A stretch of DNA of 61,338 bases, counting the filler, from Sphacelaria rigidula (Eukaryota): NCBI GenBank assembly GCA_964200075.2. It is 8 parts of 8 records of this genome, joined end to end, with 100 filler letters (N's around TTAATTAATTAA, not from the genome) between each part and the next. Parts side by side here need not be neighbours in the genome. Positions count along the whole stretch, not along the records: positions 7,681 to 15,260 come from CAXNAA020014240.1; positions 15,361 to 22,940 come from CAXNAA020014241.1; 6 more parts are not named here. The stretch is one strand, 5' to 3'. How positions within the stretch are numbered: position 1 is the first letter of the stretch; each line of letters begins with the position of its first letter. Positions 10,217 to 22,661 of the stretch are shown here, piece after piece. The position numbers and the translations under genes are program-made. A model generated the notes under the pieces. The model was not told the origin of the DNA. It saw only the letters and a list, made by a program, of their open reading frames with translations, and did not search any database.

Positions 10217-11818
10217 ATGGTAGACTCAGCAATGAAAGGTGAAGGCAACTGCGACTTGTGCGGAACGAAGCTATCGTCTGTGAGGTTTCAAATTAGATCG
10301 TTGGATGAGGCAGCTACTGAGGTTATGTCATGTCCCGACTGTGGGCCGGCTGCAGCAAAGTTGTCCTCTTACTCACCAGAGAGACGATCTGTCTTGCTCA
10401 ACAGCGTCCTGCTACAACCTATACCTACTCGTAAGCAGTACGAGGACCTACAACAGTCCATCCAAAGCACTGCAATAAGACAGTCGCTGGACCCTACAAC
10501 AGACACTTTCAGATCCACCATTGCAGGTTGGCAATCCCTACAGGTGGTTGTTCTACAAGGCAGGGCATCTTCATCAATCGCTCGCTCACTGAGATTGACT
10601 AGCCGAGGTCGACAACAGGGAGCTGGACGTTACTCTAGGTCCATCTACTCGCCTGTAGACCCTGACAATAAGGTGGGCCTAGTAACAATGGAACACACTG
10701 TGAAAAGGAGACTGAGCAGACTACCAGCAATGGGATTGGCCTACCTTATGTACACAGAGCAAGTGTTGACCACTCTGTCCGATGACGTTCAGGTTCTGTC
10801 TAGACAGAGGGTGGAGCCCACAAGGTGTGCAGGTCATCTATTGAACGATCAGTGGACCTACACAAGGACCGTGAAGAAGGACGTTGCTGACGTTAATGGT
10901 GATGCTTACGATGTAGAGGTCCTGTCCAGTCAAGGTGATGTAATGAGAGCAACACTGACCTATGTGAGATCAACAGTGAGCAGACCCGTCGGATGCAAAC
11001 TGGCTACGGTGTGCTCATGGGCAGCCAATGTCTGCATGTATCTCCGCGTTGATCTCAGAACAGTCGACGAATGTGTAGCCTATGTCGACTACTGTCGGTC
11101 ACTGATAATGACTAGCACCGATGAGTCACTGGTTGTCATATCAGGTGTGGTACACGCATTCCTTCCTACAGTCGGTAAAATCAACCGACAGGGATCTGTA
11201 AGTTCGCTGGGTAGGAAGATTAAGTGGTCTCCCAACGTTACGGACCTACCACACAATGATGGTACGGTATCCATCTACTCGCGATTGGATATTAACAGTG
11301 CCACCGGTATGCCTCAGCTTTCCAGTGCAATTACAGGTGTGTTGGTAGATCATGGTGGAAACATTGCTATCATCGATCATGACAGACAGGTGTACATGAG
11401 TGTATGTGCTAGGGCTGCCCGAGTTCTGCCAGGTCATATATGCTCACCTCTAGCTGACAGCCTGTGCTACACCGGACGGACCACGAATGGTCTGTTGAAC
11501 ACTCTGACATCCAATAGAAAGAGGGCTATAGTCAGACCCGGAGTCACAGTCGAGGACCTAGTCTTCGAGCTGCTATCAGATGAGCTGATCAACATGTCGG
11601 AGCTCACACCGTTGATGCTAGTACTGATGGCCCATGTGAAGTCTCCTCATCTACACCGTGTTGCCAAGAGTATGATGGTACTGCATGGCATGGAGAGAGC
11701 ACCGTCGAAACACACACCCTACCCGACGGGTCATCATTACGTATTTCCGCTTTTATTTTTATTAGCTTGCAGTTATCACCGACTCCCTTTAATGTACGAT
11801 CTCATTGTCTTCACCTGA
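10217..11818 (+). CDS. Intronless 533-aa protein with N-terminal TFIIS-C/RPA12/RPC11-type zinc ribbon; virus- or plasmid-like
   Basis: CDLCG-TKLSSVRFQIRSLDEAATEVMS-CPDCG (10250-10345) matches CxxC...Q(T/I)RSxDE..T....CxxC. The ORF is long, complex and uninterrupted. The last ~35 aa may be read-through. Confidence 0.75.
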   Translation: MVDSAMKGEGNCDLCGTKLSSVRFQIRSLDEAATEVMSCPDCGPAAAKLSSYSPERRSVLLNSVLLQPIPTRKQYEDLQQSIQSTAIRQSLDPTTDTFRSTIAGWQSLQVVVLQGRASSSIARSLRLTSRGRQQGAGRYSRSIYSPVDPDNKVGLVTMEHTVKRRLSRLPAMGLAYLMYTEQVLTTLSDDVQVLSRQRVEPTRCAGHLLNDQWTYTRTVKKDVADVNGDAYDVEVLSSQGDVMRATLTYVRSTVSRPVGCKLATVCSWAANVCMYLRVDLRTVDECVAYVDYCRSLIMTSTDESLVVISGVVHAFLPTVGKINRQGSVSSLGRKIKWSPNVTDLPHNDGTVSIYSRLDINSATGMPQLSSAITGVLVDHGGNIAIIDHDRQVYMSVCARAARVLPGHICSPLADSLCYTGRTTNGLLNTLTSNRKRAIVRPGVTVEDLVFELLSDELINMSELTPLMLVLMAHVKSPHLHRVAKSMMVLHGMERAPSKHTPYPTGHHYVFPLLFLLACSYHRLPLMYDLIVFT

Positions 11819-13793
11819 GCTGTGTTTTGGTTGCGAACACAACTCTTGGGGGGGGGGGGGGGGGGGGGTACATCGGCACATTGTCAAATTCGAAGAATCG
11901 CGGCACAAACAAACCGCAAGTATTATAGGCGTGGAAACAAACACAGTATAGAAGATGACGATATGTTTCGAGTGCTGGGGTCTGATCAAGACCTACGGTA
12001 CTGCCTTACGCCGCCACACCCCTCCCCTCCCCCACCCTGACGTAGGAACACTCTCACGGTGTACACCGAAAGTATGAACGCGACGCAGCCATAGTTGCCA
12101 ACCAATCGGTCGTTTCTCGCGTTGGTGTTCCCGCGGGGGGGGCAAGGGTTATGTGACCAACTACACTCACTGAGAGACACGTGCCGAAAAGATGGCATTC
12201 ACGGGCAACTGTTTTCACACGAGGAAACGCTCGGCTCGATCTGCGATCATCGCACCTTTGCTCTTTCATAGTGGCGCCGGCGGGAGGTCGGGGAACGCTT
12301 GCCTTCCTCGCTTTCTTCCCGCTATTTGATGTGACGCCGTCTCCGGCTGGTGCCTGAGATTCTTTCCTCTTCCGGCGCTCTGGGTCGCCCTCGCACGATA
12401 TGCAAAGGCGCTTTCTTCCCTCGGCCAGAGTCGCATCTTATGAGATAGGGACGAGCAGGTCGCAGAAAGTATGGTGTGCAACCCCGCAGTGCGTGTATCG
12501 GTACCTGTGGGAATGAGGACAGAGGAATATATGTCGGCGGCGAATCGATCGACAGTCTCGCGAGCAATGCCTTCATCGATGGGTGTGTACCTCGGTGCCC
12601 GCCCTCCGACTAGATACTCTATGTGTGCTATTTTCACTCTCACCTGACGTGTAGGGTGGGTTTGCACGACTCGCACACTTTGCCCTCGCGACTACCCGCT
12701 GCTGGGCGGTCCCTGGCCTCCTCACCCTCGCCGTCGGCCTCCCGAACGGATGCGTTGTTCACATCTCCCTCGCCGCCGCTACACACGAGTTTTAAACGCG
12801 CTGTCTTGTCGTTTATCGCGTTCCATTTTTTTCTCCACGTTTCGCTGAAAGACTTGAGGGTCCCTCTTTGTGTCATCTGCGATCGGGGGTGACGGCACTA
12901 TCTCTGGTATATCAAGTACGAACCAAGATACAGAAGAAGGGACGACCGGCAGCAAGTCTCTGCTTTGTCTCTGGAGTGCAAATGTACGTGGGTGGTGGTG
13001 GTGTTTTACTCTCCTCGACCAGTATTACCGGGAAAGATACAGTTGACTTCCGTGCCTGAGCAGCGACGGCGGTCACTGATCAGCTCGCGACAGCAAATAT
13101 ATGTCTCCACTTTCTTAGGATAAAGTCAACTATCGACGGGGAGCAACGTACCAGCTCCAAGGGCCGTGGAAGTCTTCCCTTGTAGACCGCCTCGAATTCC
13201 TTCATGGTTTCGCCTTCCTGTTCTTCGGCCGGCAGGCTTTCTCTGATATCGTCTTGTCTACGGACGATATGTGGTCCCCCACGAACAGCTGGAAATCTTC
13301 CAACCCGTACGTACCGTTTATCATTTTGTGCACGCCACTGTTCGCAGAAATCGGAATCGAAAACATCGAACGTCGCACCACAGTCTGTGATGGGTCGACT
13401 AGTGTGCAGAGATAGTCACACACACGGCGGCGCATTCTAACGTGGTCTCGATATGGGCAGAGTGCCTTACCTCGGGCGGTGGCCGGGCTACAGATTAACG
13501 GCACTCACTCCTTGAACCTGTCCGTCCAAGCAAGACGAGGGATCACGCTCTCGATTCTCTACACCAGGTTGTGCGCGATTCGGGCGTTTTTGGTGACCCG
13601 ATCCCAATCTTTCGGTGTGAGTGTCATCTTGTTCGCCCTCGAATGTCTGGCGTGGCACGGTCGAAAATCGAGGATGAATGTTGTCTGGGTACCGCCCTTG
13701 GGATCTTTCATGAGCATCGCGATATATTCGAAATAAACACACATCTGCACTCTCCGCCTGTCATATGTGGCCTCGCTCATTCTCGAAAACAGC

Positions 13794-14069
13794 CATCTGC
13801 AATTCGCGACCCCCGGCGTTTATACGGGTCGATATTGTCTTTCCTTTGTCCAAAAAATAAAATGCAACCAACCATCCAACCAACCATCCTCAACCAATCT
13901 TTAATTGATCAAGAATTAATTTTTATATACAGTTTCAAATTATATTCAAAATTCAACCAACCATTCAACCAACCATCCAACCGTCCATCCTCAAGCAATT
14001 TATAATTAAGTAATAACTAATTTTTACATCTGCAATTCGTGACCCCCCGGCGTTTATACGGGTCGATAT
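13794..14069 (+). repeat. Local direct duplication (CATCTGCAATTCG...GGCGTTTATACGGGTCGATAT twice; CAACCAACCAT blocks twice)
   Basis: ~42-bp block at ~13794 and ~14027, with AT-rich sub-repeats between. Confidence 0.7.
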
Positions 14070-15260
14070 CGCCCTCCAGCGATTCCGGTGCAAAAAACTG
14101 TTCATCTCATATTTTGTTTTGCTACGATGACTGAGGTCATACATCCCAACCGGAGAATGCTTTTGTATTTTGATTTTGAAACCTTTTCAATGTTGATGAA
14201 GGTTCCCGAGGTTGGTCCTTTACCAAAAGTCTATCCTCAATTTTGAAAGTAGACTGCTTCGCGCGGAGGTGGGGGGTATGTGTGGTTATACCTTGGATAA
14301 ATTGGTTATGACGGTCTATCAACCAGGACATACCACATGACACACTCTCGTCATCCTTCGGTGCGGCGAATTAATGGAAGATAACTCTAGATTATCACAA
14401 CAAGCGACTGGATGGACCAGCGGTGCATACCTTATGAGCATATTGACGGCGATCAATGCGCTGCGGGTTTGGCGTGTAGATCACTGTAAGCCTTGCTCTT
14501 CAGGTACTTTAGCAAAACACATTTTGCGTCGATACCAGGGTCCGACGTCTGGAACGCCCAGGCAATGACCTTCATTGCTTCCGGTGTAGTGGAGAAGCAG
14601 GCCTTCCGCCAGTGCCGCATCGTCACGAGCGACAGAGAATTCAAACCCAGCTGTTTTCGGTAACAAGGGGGCACCATCGGACCGTGCAGAAAAACATACA
14701 GCAGATGCGGTGAATGTCGTGTTCGCTGCACACTGGATTGTTTCTCGGCGTACGAGTGGGTGGGAGACGCAGTGCACGCGCCGTAAACCGTCCGGCAACT
14801 AGTCTAACCCAATACAAGTGGACTTGACTCGGTTCCGAGATGTAACGTACATGATCCGCAGTGCACATATGATACAATACGACTTGAAACTTCACCCAAT
14901 GCCCACTATCGTCCCCGTGTAATGCAGACCCGGTTTTGTAGTACCCCTTGTTTCACATTCCACTACTCACGTTCGTGAACTCCTTTGCTATTGGTTTCCC
15001 CGTGACGGCATCGCTCCCCGTCCTCTCCTGGACCGAGGTTATGATCCAGACGAATATGTAAAGCTTGTCGTACGTGTTGCGGGGAAACAGAGTTTCGCTG
15101 ACATCGTTTAAAGCTGTTCGAAGGCATACAGGCAGCAGCAACGGTTGACGCGGTTATTATTCTCCGATGTTCAAGACCTGTTTTTCGGAAACATTTCCTC
15201 TCTGACACAGCTGATAACAGTGTTGCCAGAAAAATGAGAACGTATTTTGAAATGAGAATC

Positions 15261-15360
15261 NNNNNNNNNNNNNNNNNNNNNNNNNNNNNNNNNNNNNNNN
15301 NNNNTTAATTAATTAANNNNNNNNNNNNNNNNNNNNNNNNNNNNNNNNNNNNNNNNNNNN
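15261..15360. other. Artificial contig linker
   Basis: N-TTAATTAATTAA-N, 100 bp. Confidence 0.98.
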
Positions 15361-15774
15361 TGGGTGGGGAGGAGGGCGGGGGGGGGTAGCGTCGGGTTTT
15401 GGTGTTTTGGTGGTGGGGGGGGGGGGGGGGGGGGGCGTCCATATTAAGGTCATTTACCATGCCTTCACTGTAGGTCAGGGAGCTGTTTCGGGGTTGAACC
15501 TCATTTTTATGTTCAACTCTATTTATCAGGATCTGCCTTATCGATTGCTCATAGGACCAAATACCCTGGACATTGGACTACATTGTAAAAACAACGCACT
15601 GGGTACAGTACGGAATCTTTTGTCTATTACATGTCCAGGGTGTGCATTAGACTCCTACGAGTATCTTACACAGCTAGGACATTGTCAGTGACGACGATGG
15701 ACATGCGAAACGAAATGGTCCATATTCAATTTACTTGTGGAAACTCTTCTGATTACAATATCCTGTTGTCTTGG

Positions 15775-15878
15775 GTTGTTGTTGTTGTCTTCACTCGAAA
15801 ATCCGCTCCGATGTCTGCTTAGTACTCCCTTGTGGGCATCTGATGCGGACGCCTTCAGTTCAGTGGTCACAGGCTCAC
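15775..15878 (-). mobile_element. Retroposon 3' end, family B, (AAC)n tail
   Basis: GTTGTTGTTGTCTTCAC...GGGCATCTGATGCGGACGCCTTC...GTGGTCACAGGCT matches 22662-22771 and 38401-38475. Confidence 0.7.
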
Positions 15879-17299
15879 CATTCACAACACTAAGGTGAAC
15901 GGAAACGAAGAACATAAAATCAGCCCTCAGAAATCTTCACAGTCATGATACGGTAGGGGGGCCGGATTTTGGGCCATTTCTTCCACGAAATGCGGGAAAC
16001 TCCCAAAAACCGTTTTTAGGGAGGTCGGGGGGAAAGAGGTCGTCCATGTGAAAGTCATTCGTCATGATTTCAGGCCCGGGAAAGCACTGCTTCGGAGTTG
16101 AGCATCATGTTGATCATGTTCAATCCCATTTCTCAGAATCCTGTGTACTATACCCGCAACCATTGGATGGTTACAGAGCAAAGCTGGAACCTTAGAGACA
16201 TGCGAGGAAAGGAATGAGTTACCCTCTCTTTCCTCTTCTCCCTTCCTGGTGCTAGACGTAGCCCAAGCCTCACTCAGGCAGATGGATACCTGTGCGACAA
16301 ACTTTCGTATATTTACATTCGCGAAGTAGACTACAATAATGTCTACAGAGCTAGTAAGTAGTACACGTCAAATTAGTGATCAGCCGTGAACATGATTATT
16401 GTGACAACACTTGTGGGCACAAACCTTGTTTCGAAACATCACTGATTGACCTCCAAGGCTGGCAACCCTGACGCGCTTTTGCTGAGCAGCTCGTATCTGT
16501 TTGCGGGTATCAGTCCCAATGGCAACACAACGTGTACTACGTAATCCTTGACCCCCAACTCAATAATGGGCATTCAAAAGAGTGTCTGATATTTCCAAGG
16601 GTCTACCCAGCGTCCGAATCTATGACGCCAAGCAAGGTTCAAGCATAGTCAGTTTCCACCACCACATTCCAGCACTTCTGGCACTTTTCAACCGCACCAA
16701 AGCCATTATTTTTTGTGGCGTGACCACAAAAACCTGAAGGCAAATCTCGTGAATCTCCACAATAGACCACACCGAAGGTCCTCGAGTTAATCGTGCGCGC
16801 GCGTGTCGTACTTTTGTGTCCCCGAAAAGAACGGCACTTCCACTTGTAAATGTTACGAGTGCACATATTTCTTTAGTCACCATGCGTCGGTTTGAAGCAG
16901 AATAACGTCTTTTTTTTTCGTGCACAGTGCGCACGCACAAGGTCCTTAGGAGGGAAGATCAGTCCACTATCTACTACCGCCGTGCACATCATCAGCATCA
17001 AAATCACTGCACGGGCAACATGACATTTTCCACATGTTGAACGAGTGCGGGTCCCGGGTACTGAAATTACTCAGTGTATCCGTTTAGCTCTCATGAGCTC
17101 GTCTCTTCTTCAATGAAGTAGCCGCATGGATCAAGATATCACTGAAGACTAGTTGGACGTGGTTAAAGAACATGGCCACAGCAGTCACACTGGCCAATCA
17201 TCTGTCCATCACCACGACAGCAGATCACGCCATATCAATGTCAATGAATCACGAAGACGATGGCTGAACGACGCTACACTTTCAAAATTCGCTTTTTCT

Positions 17300-19470
17300 T
17301 TATCAAATATCGATCATCGACGCTTCTCTATTCTCTTCCGACGTGCCGGTCCAAGCAGCAGCACCACCATCACTGCCCTGCGTCTCTGCGCCCTCCTCGT
17401 TGGCAGTTATATTCTGGACCCCACTAACTCCTTCGACAGATACAGCAGCAGCAACGCCCTCAGCGCCCTGCGACACCGTCAGTGTCTTGACCTTCAGTCG
17501 CGACCTCCTCCGCTGGCGCTTCCACCTCTTCCTCTGCCTCTTCAGCGTCATCTTTTACCTCAACTTCGGCTGAAGCCGCCTGCACAGCGGCTGCCATTTT
17601 CACCGCCGCTTCCGCCGCAGCCGCCTCCTCTTGAGCGACAGCCTTGGCCCTGGCCGTGGCGGCCTCGGCATCAGCAGCGGCCTTCTCGTCGGCCGCGCGT
17701 TTCGCTTCCAACTTTTGTTGGTGCTTGAAAGCTTTCACCTTCCGGAAGATTACCTTCGAGCGGGGGTTCACGGGTTGGAGATTCACGTTCGCGTCTCTGA
17801 TGGCCTGGGAAAGTTCTGGAGTGTGGTAGAGTTGACGTTGTTTGCGGAGCAATGGAAGAAGTCGGGATTATGGACTTGAAGTTGAGCGCGATCCCTGAAC
17901 GTACAGGGACTCGGCATATGGGTTGCCCTTCTTGAGACTGAACGTAACTCTAGAATAACATCTAAATATTTCATCAACTCAAAACCCACATGCCATCAAG
18001 TCAGCCGTCCGATGAACACCCACACTTGTGGGTACACATCAATGCATTGGCACCTGTCCAACCATCAATGAGATACAACAAGAGAACCTGCAACCTCAGC
18101 GGAGTCCCGAGGATACAGGCGGCGACGGTAGGTTTTTCACGAAGCGAGAGGAACTTGCACGCCGCGAAAACGAAAAAGCAGGAGCAGCCACTGTCTAGGT
18201 CCAGCAAAACATCGGTGGGCACAGGAATGATAACGCAGCCTGTCGAAATAAGGCGCAACGATGACTGCGATAGCTCACCCTCAATATGTCCACGCTTGTG
18301 GAGCTGCGTCAGAAGATAGTTGAAATCTTCGGGGTCCACGGCGCTGGTTCGATATAATCCCATACTTTTGTCAGACAAAGCCCGAACGGCGACCATGGGG
18401 TCCTCCACCTTGCAGCACCTCTGTGATTGCAAATGGGGATTTCGATAAACATGGCACAGTGGGGGTTCAGCGGGTGCGATCCATGGCCAATTCAAGTTAT
18501 ATACTCGAGGAGGGCAACGACTCAAGAAGGCGGGTCAGAATAATCGTCTACCTGGTGACAGCGAAGGGGGTTCAAGTGGCGTGACATGACCTACGTAGAA
18601 ATTGGGGTAAGCTTGCTGTGACGCAACACAAGTGAAGAGCACATTTTCACTGTTCGCCGCTTTATCAGGGTCACACGCTGTGAAGCGATGTACGCTCGTT
18701 ACCGCTTCTTTGCGTTCAACATGGCTGCAAAAATTACACGGAGCTGTTAACTTGAGTACATCAACGTTGTTGCAATGCTCCAGCGTAGCTGCCACCGCTA
18801 CCCACATCTCACCAAGCATGCGCACAAGCACATGAACAGCTTCAAGTATAGTAGATATACAACACGATGGGAGGGCCTATCAGGTGTGCTGATACAACAT
18901 GGCCGAACGACACGGTTGTCTCACCCCAATGAAGAGTCTCGCCGTCGTCCGCCTGAGAGGGATCTCGCGTGCGTGGAATAGCCTCAGTGCCAACTCGGCG
19001 TACTTGAGCTGATCCCTTGACTCGATCCGCGTCAATAACTCGTCAAGCATCCTGTATTTTATCTGTCGTGTGCGTGATAAAAAGCCATGAGAGGGGCATA
19101 ACGCAATCTGGAGCTATTTTAGGGTGGGTGGCACGGTCGCCTGGAGATGTAGCTTTCGAATGCAGCAATAGCTGGCACTCTTCGAGGTCCCTTTACGCTC
19201 AAGTTTTACACATCAAATATCAAGAAGATCATGAATCCCATTCACACCATAACATAGATGCCATCACCTTCATGCCACCCCTCCCACGGTACTGTATTTC
19301 CGCAAACAACCCGCCCACAGTCTGCTCCTTTCCGGGACCGGGTGCACCCACAGGGTGGTTGAAGGTGGACTTCTTCTGTACACCAAAACCCTCCGCCTCG
19401 TCTGAATCGTCTCCGTGCCCCCTTGCCTCAATATCGCCGTCCCCATCTTCCTCCTCATCAAGACGGAGAC
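17300..19470 (-). pseudogene. Unidentified decayed long coding sequence ending in an Ala/Glu/Lys-rich helix
   Basis: Successive minus-strand ORFs (19229..19864 in part, 18535..18831, 18001..18525, 17783..17989, 17460..17852) tile the region with protein-like composition. The C-terminal part reads KLEAKRAADEKAAADAEAA...EEAEEEVEAPAEE. Confidence 0.4.
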
Positions 19471-19849
19471 TCTTGGCGTGATTTGTGCTGGAAAACCCTC
19501 GCCTGATGACGGTGTTTGAAAGGCATGTTTGTATTTGGGTGCTACTCCCAGCAACGATGCATTGGGATATTGGTTGATGACTCTTAGTGACGGGTGACCA
19601 TTGGCGTTGGTGTACCCTTTCTGTTTGCGCAGTTGATGAGAACAATCCTCGCGCTTGTTGTTGATTTGGTTCTTGCTGCTGCCGTCGTAGCCGCGTGCCT
19701 ACACCTGAGGATTCGGAGCATTGCGGGTACATGCAACAGGAGGTTGTGATGTGGCGCGCCCTACAGTATAGAGGGCAGCTGCGGACCTTGTGTACGAAAC
19801 TGTACTGCACCTGACATATATACCATGCAGTGACAGGGAATGTATCACG

Positions 19850-20093
19850 CTTCGGACGAATCATCGCCAGTTTGAATCACCTAATCCACGATTTTTCAGG
19901 CCTGATTGCTCGAAAGAGAAAAAAATTGACCGGTGGTCAAAAAGCTCTCCAATTCTTGCGCCACACCACGTGCCTAGGCTGCGTGTACCTGGGTTGGAAC
20001 TCTGAAAACAAAGCCAAAGGATTGATTCGTACAGTACGAATCAATCGGACTAAAACGAAGCAATTTCCAGACGAATAATCAATTCGTCACACC
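19850..20093 (+). repeat. Dispersed ~250-bp repeat (copy 2; see 530-780)
   Basis: Colinear similarity to 530-780. Confidence 0.75.
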
Positions 20094-21850
20094 TTTGGAA
20101 TGTATCGCAAGAGGGGCTCGAGGTATGGCACAAAATGGGCGTGACTTTTGTCGCTGCTTTGTACGAAACCGGCACGCGTGATTTTGACGGATACACAGGG
20201 CCCTGTGACAGTTTTGGATGCGCACTCGCCCACTTTACGCCATCTCGGCGGAGTACCCTCACTGCAACCACGGCACGTATATCATACAGCCAACAAGTCG
20301 AGTGTTCTGTCCTCCACTGACGGTAAAGCAGAACCGCGGGATGAAAAATTTTGCTTGTCAAAGTGACAAGCTGAAGCACTGCAGAAGGAGCGAAGCCGCA
20401 CATAGTGGACCTACGCTGCACAGCCAGCAAAATCAGAGCGGGTCTGTCCAGGATACACTGTCAACAACCACTTGTCCTGCCAACATACTCCGCATCGGGG
20501 TCACACGGATCACAGAGCAAGGACGTCAGTCACGTTACTGGTGCACTTACACGAACTTGTGGTTGGCTGCCCGCCCGAGAAGACAGAGGAAGCTCTAATT
20601 AAAGCCTTAGCACCATCCGTGGAAGACGAAATGCGGCGCAGCATCATGCTACAGGGCGCTGAACGAGGCATGAACATAACCCGGCGCTGGGGCAGTGACC
20701 AACACCCTGTTACTAGTCGTTCAGACCCGCGGTGCGAACTTCATCCGATTGGTGCGCTCTGAAAAAGGTACAATACAATACAAACCTGAAAAACATAATA
20801 CGATCAACTGCTGTACTGGACGCTATAATGACTATGACTACTTGAGCAGTCCCGGGTTTCTCTGCGAAAAATTTGGCCGTGGCGCTGAGACTTGACAGTG
20901 GCGCTGGGAATTAGTGTTCTTTCCTGGACATATTATCTCCATGACATGTTTCAGTTTCGTTTTTCTTGGGTACGTCTATCTTGAGACCACGGCTGGACCC
21001 CTGGGGGGTCAGTTAAATTGCGACAATTAAACAATCAAATATTTATGAAGCTCAAGTCTTTCAATAACTGATCCGCAATAACGGTCGCATCTCCATCGAT
21101 GTGGGCGTCAACCGCGATGTGCTATGGATACTCGTGTTGGGACCTCGCGTATTGCACCGTTAGTTTTATGCCAGGTGCTGGTATGCAGCTAAGACGACGC
21201 AGCAGCTAGGGCAGAACTGAACAACAACAGTACAGTGAACTCTATCACGGAAGCAACAAACACACACTTTTAGAAAATGTTAGCTATGTTTGGATAGTCA
21301 TTTATAAAAATGAGATTTCATGCTCGACAGCTGATAGTCTTACAGAGTCTTATCCTAACGGAACAAAAGTGCTCATTTTGGCGACCGTGATTGGTCAGAA
21401 TGGTCCTCACGCGCCTCTCGGGCCTCGCGCACGGCTCATAATTTTCCGCGGGAAGCTTCCAAATACACATGGTTGAGTGCGTGAGCTGCTCTGCTGCTCT
21501 GCTGCTCCGCGGAGAGAAACCCCCCCCCTCAAACCCCCCCCCCCCCGAGCTCTGGAAACCCCCGGATGTCTCGGGACTGTCGGCCTGTACAACAACTGTT
21601 CCGAGGCGATGCTCGCTGTCAAAGGGTTAAGTGGCGTGTCCGCCACAGTACAACAGTAGTATTGATAGTAACAGTTATGAGGGAATTTAAAATTTGGGAT
21701 ACTCGCCGCTCAAATATAGCAGGCAGGAATAAACCTGGGAAAGTGCCTTTTTGGAGCTTCAACGTCGTTTCATGCTCTATCTAGAAGAGAGCTACTGTAG
21801 GCAGGTCTTGACACCTTGGAATGCCTTGCTATACTCGTGGTGATGGTTCC

Positions 21851-22090
21851 AGCACACCTGGGTTTTCCCGGTGGCCGCAGTTTTTTCCTTGCCCAAACTT
21901 GCGTTTTTCTCGAAGATCGGTGTTTTCCCTCGGAGACCCGATCAAGTCTTGAAAAAATTCCGAAATTTGTCTAGGCTTGATCGGTCTCCGAGAAAAATTA
22001 GCGGTCTCCGAGAAAATTAGCGGTCTCCGAGATATATGCGAGGTCGGCCAAGAAAAAGTGCGACCGCCGGAAAAAACGCACGGGTATGCT
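21851..22090. mobile_element. ~240-bp fold-back MITE-like element
   Basis: AGCACACCTGGGTTTTCCCGGTGGCCGCAG... is an imperfect inverse of ...GTGCGACCGCCGGAAAAAACGCACGGGTATGCT. Inner pair CTCGGAGACCCGATCAAG / CTTGATCGGTCTCCGAG; three tandem CGGTCTCCGAGA units. Confidence 0.65.
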
Positions 22091-22290
22091 AAAACTGTCT
22101 CAACGTGTACAGCAAGGCAATCCGTCAAAATCTGCCCAACTCTCTGTTGTTCGGGTGTATCAAACGACGGAGAAACTCCAAAAAGGCACTATCCTCCACA
22201 TTTTTTTCTTGTCTGATAATATAAGGAGCGGCGATCAGTTCTTATTTTGAATATACCGTCACCGGGGACAGTCTTGACTGGTCTTGCGCC

Positions 22291-22656
22291 TGTGTGTGTG
22301 TGTGTGTGTGTGTGTTGCCGTCCTATCTATTCTGGACGCCGGTCTACACATTTCGGTATATGTGCGCACATCAGCCGGGGTCACACAGGAGGAAGGTCAT
22401 CAGACGAGTTTTTATTTTTCTAATTTTTTTCATGTGTTTAGTACTCCTCCTTACTTCTGCGGTGCTCGCTTTTATTTTTTATCGCGAGAGGGTTTCAGCA
22501 GCCCCTTTTCCTCGTCGACTGTTGAGTCGATTTTTGTGCACAACACCGTCGCTCTTCACTGTTGGGCATGGTGTGAGAAAAAATGCCAATCGCTTCGAGG
22601 TTTGAACCCACAACCCAATCGTCAGAAGCATTCGAGTCAGCCACCGGGGCGACCGG
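22291..22656 (-). mobile_element. Near full-length tRNA-derived SINE (family A)
   Basis: Minus strand starts CCGGTCGCCCCGGTGGCTGA (A-box-like), has B-box GGTTCAAACC (22599-22608), a body shared with four other copies in the window, and a (CA)n tail at 22291-22314. Confidence 0.75.
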
Positions 22657-22661
22657 TTTCC

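Noticed and set aside
10217-10345. Calling the ORF canonical TFIIS or RPB9/RPA12/RPC11
   Set aside because: Only the ribbon matches; its position, the protein length and the lack of other domains do not fit, so no gene symbol is given.
13060-15200. Ulp1-like or CxC/KDZ-transposase-like fragments on the minus strand
   Set aside because: The fragments look protein-like, but no diagnostic motif could be completed.
21615-21630. piggyBac-like end (...AAAGGG TTAA)
   Set aside because: No matching TTAACCC left end was found nearby.
22590-22656. tRNA gene
   Set aside because: The A box is degenerate, no cloverleaf forms, and it is continuous with a SINE body.
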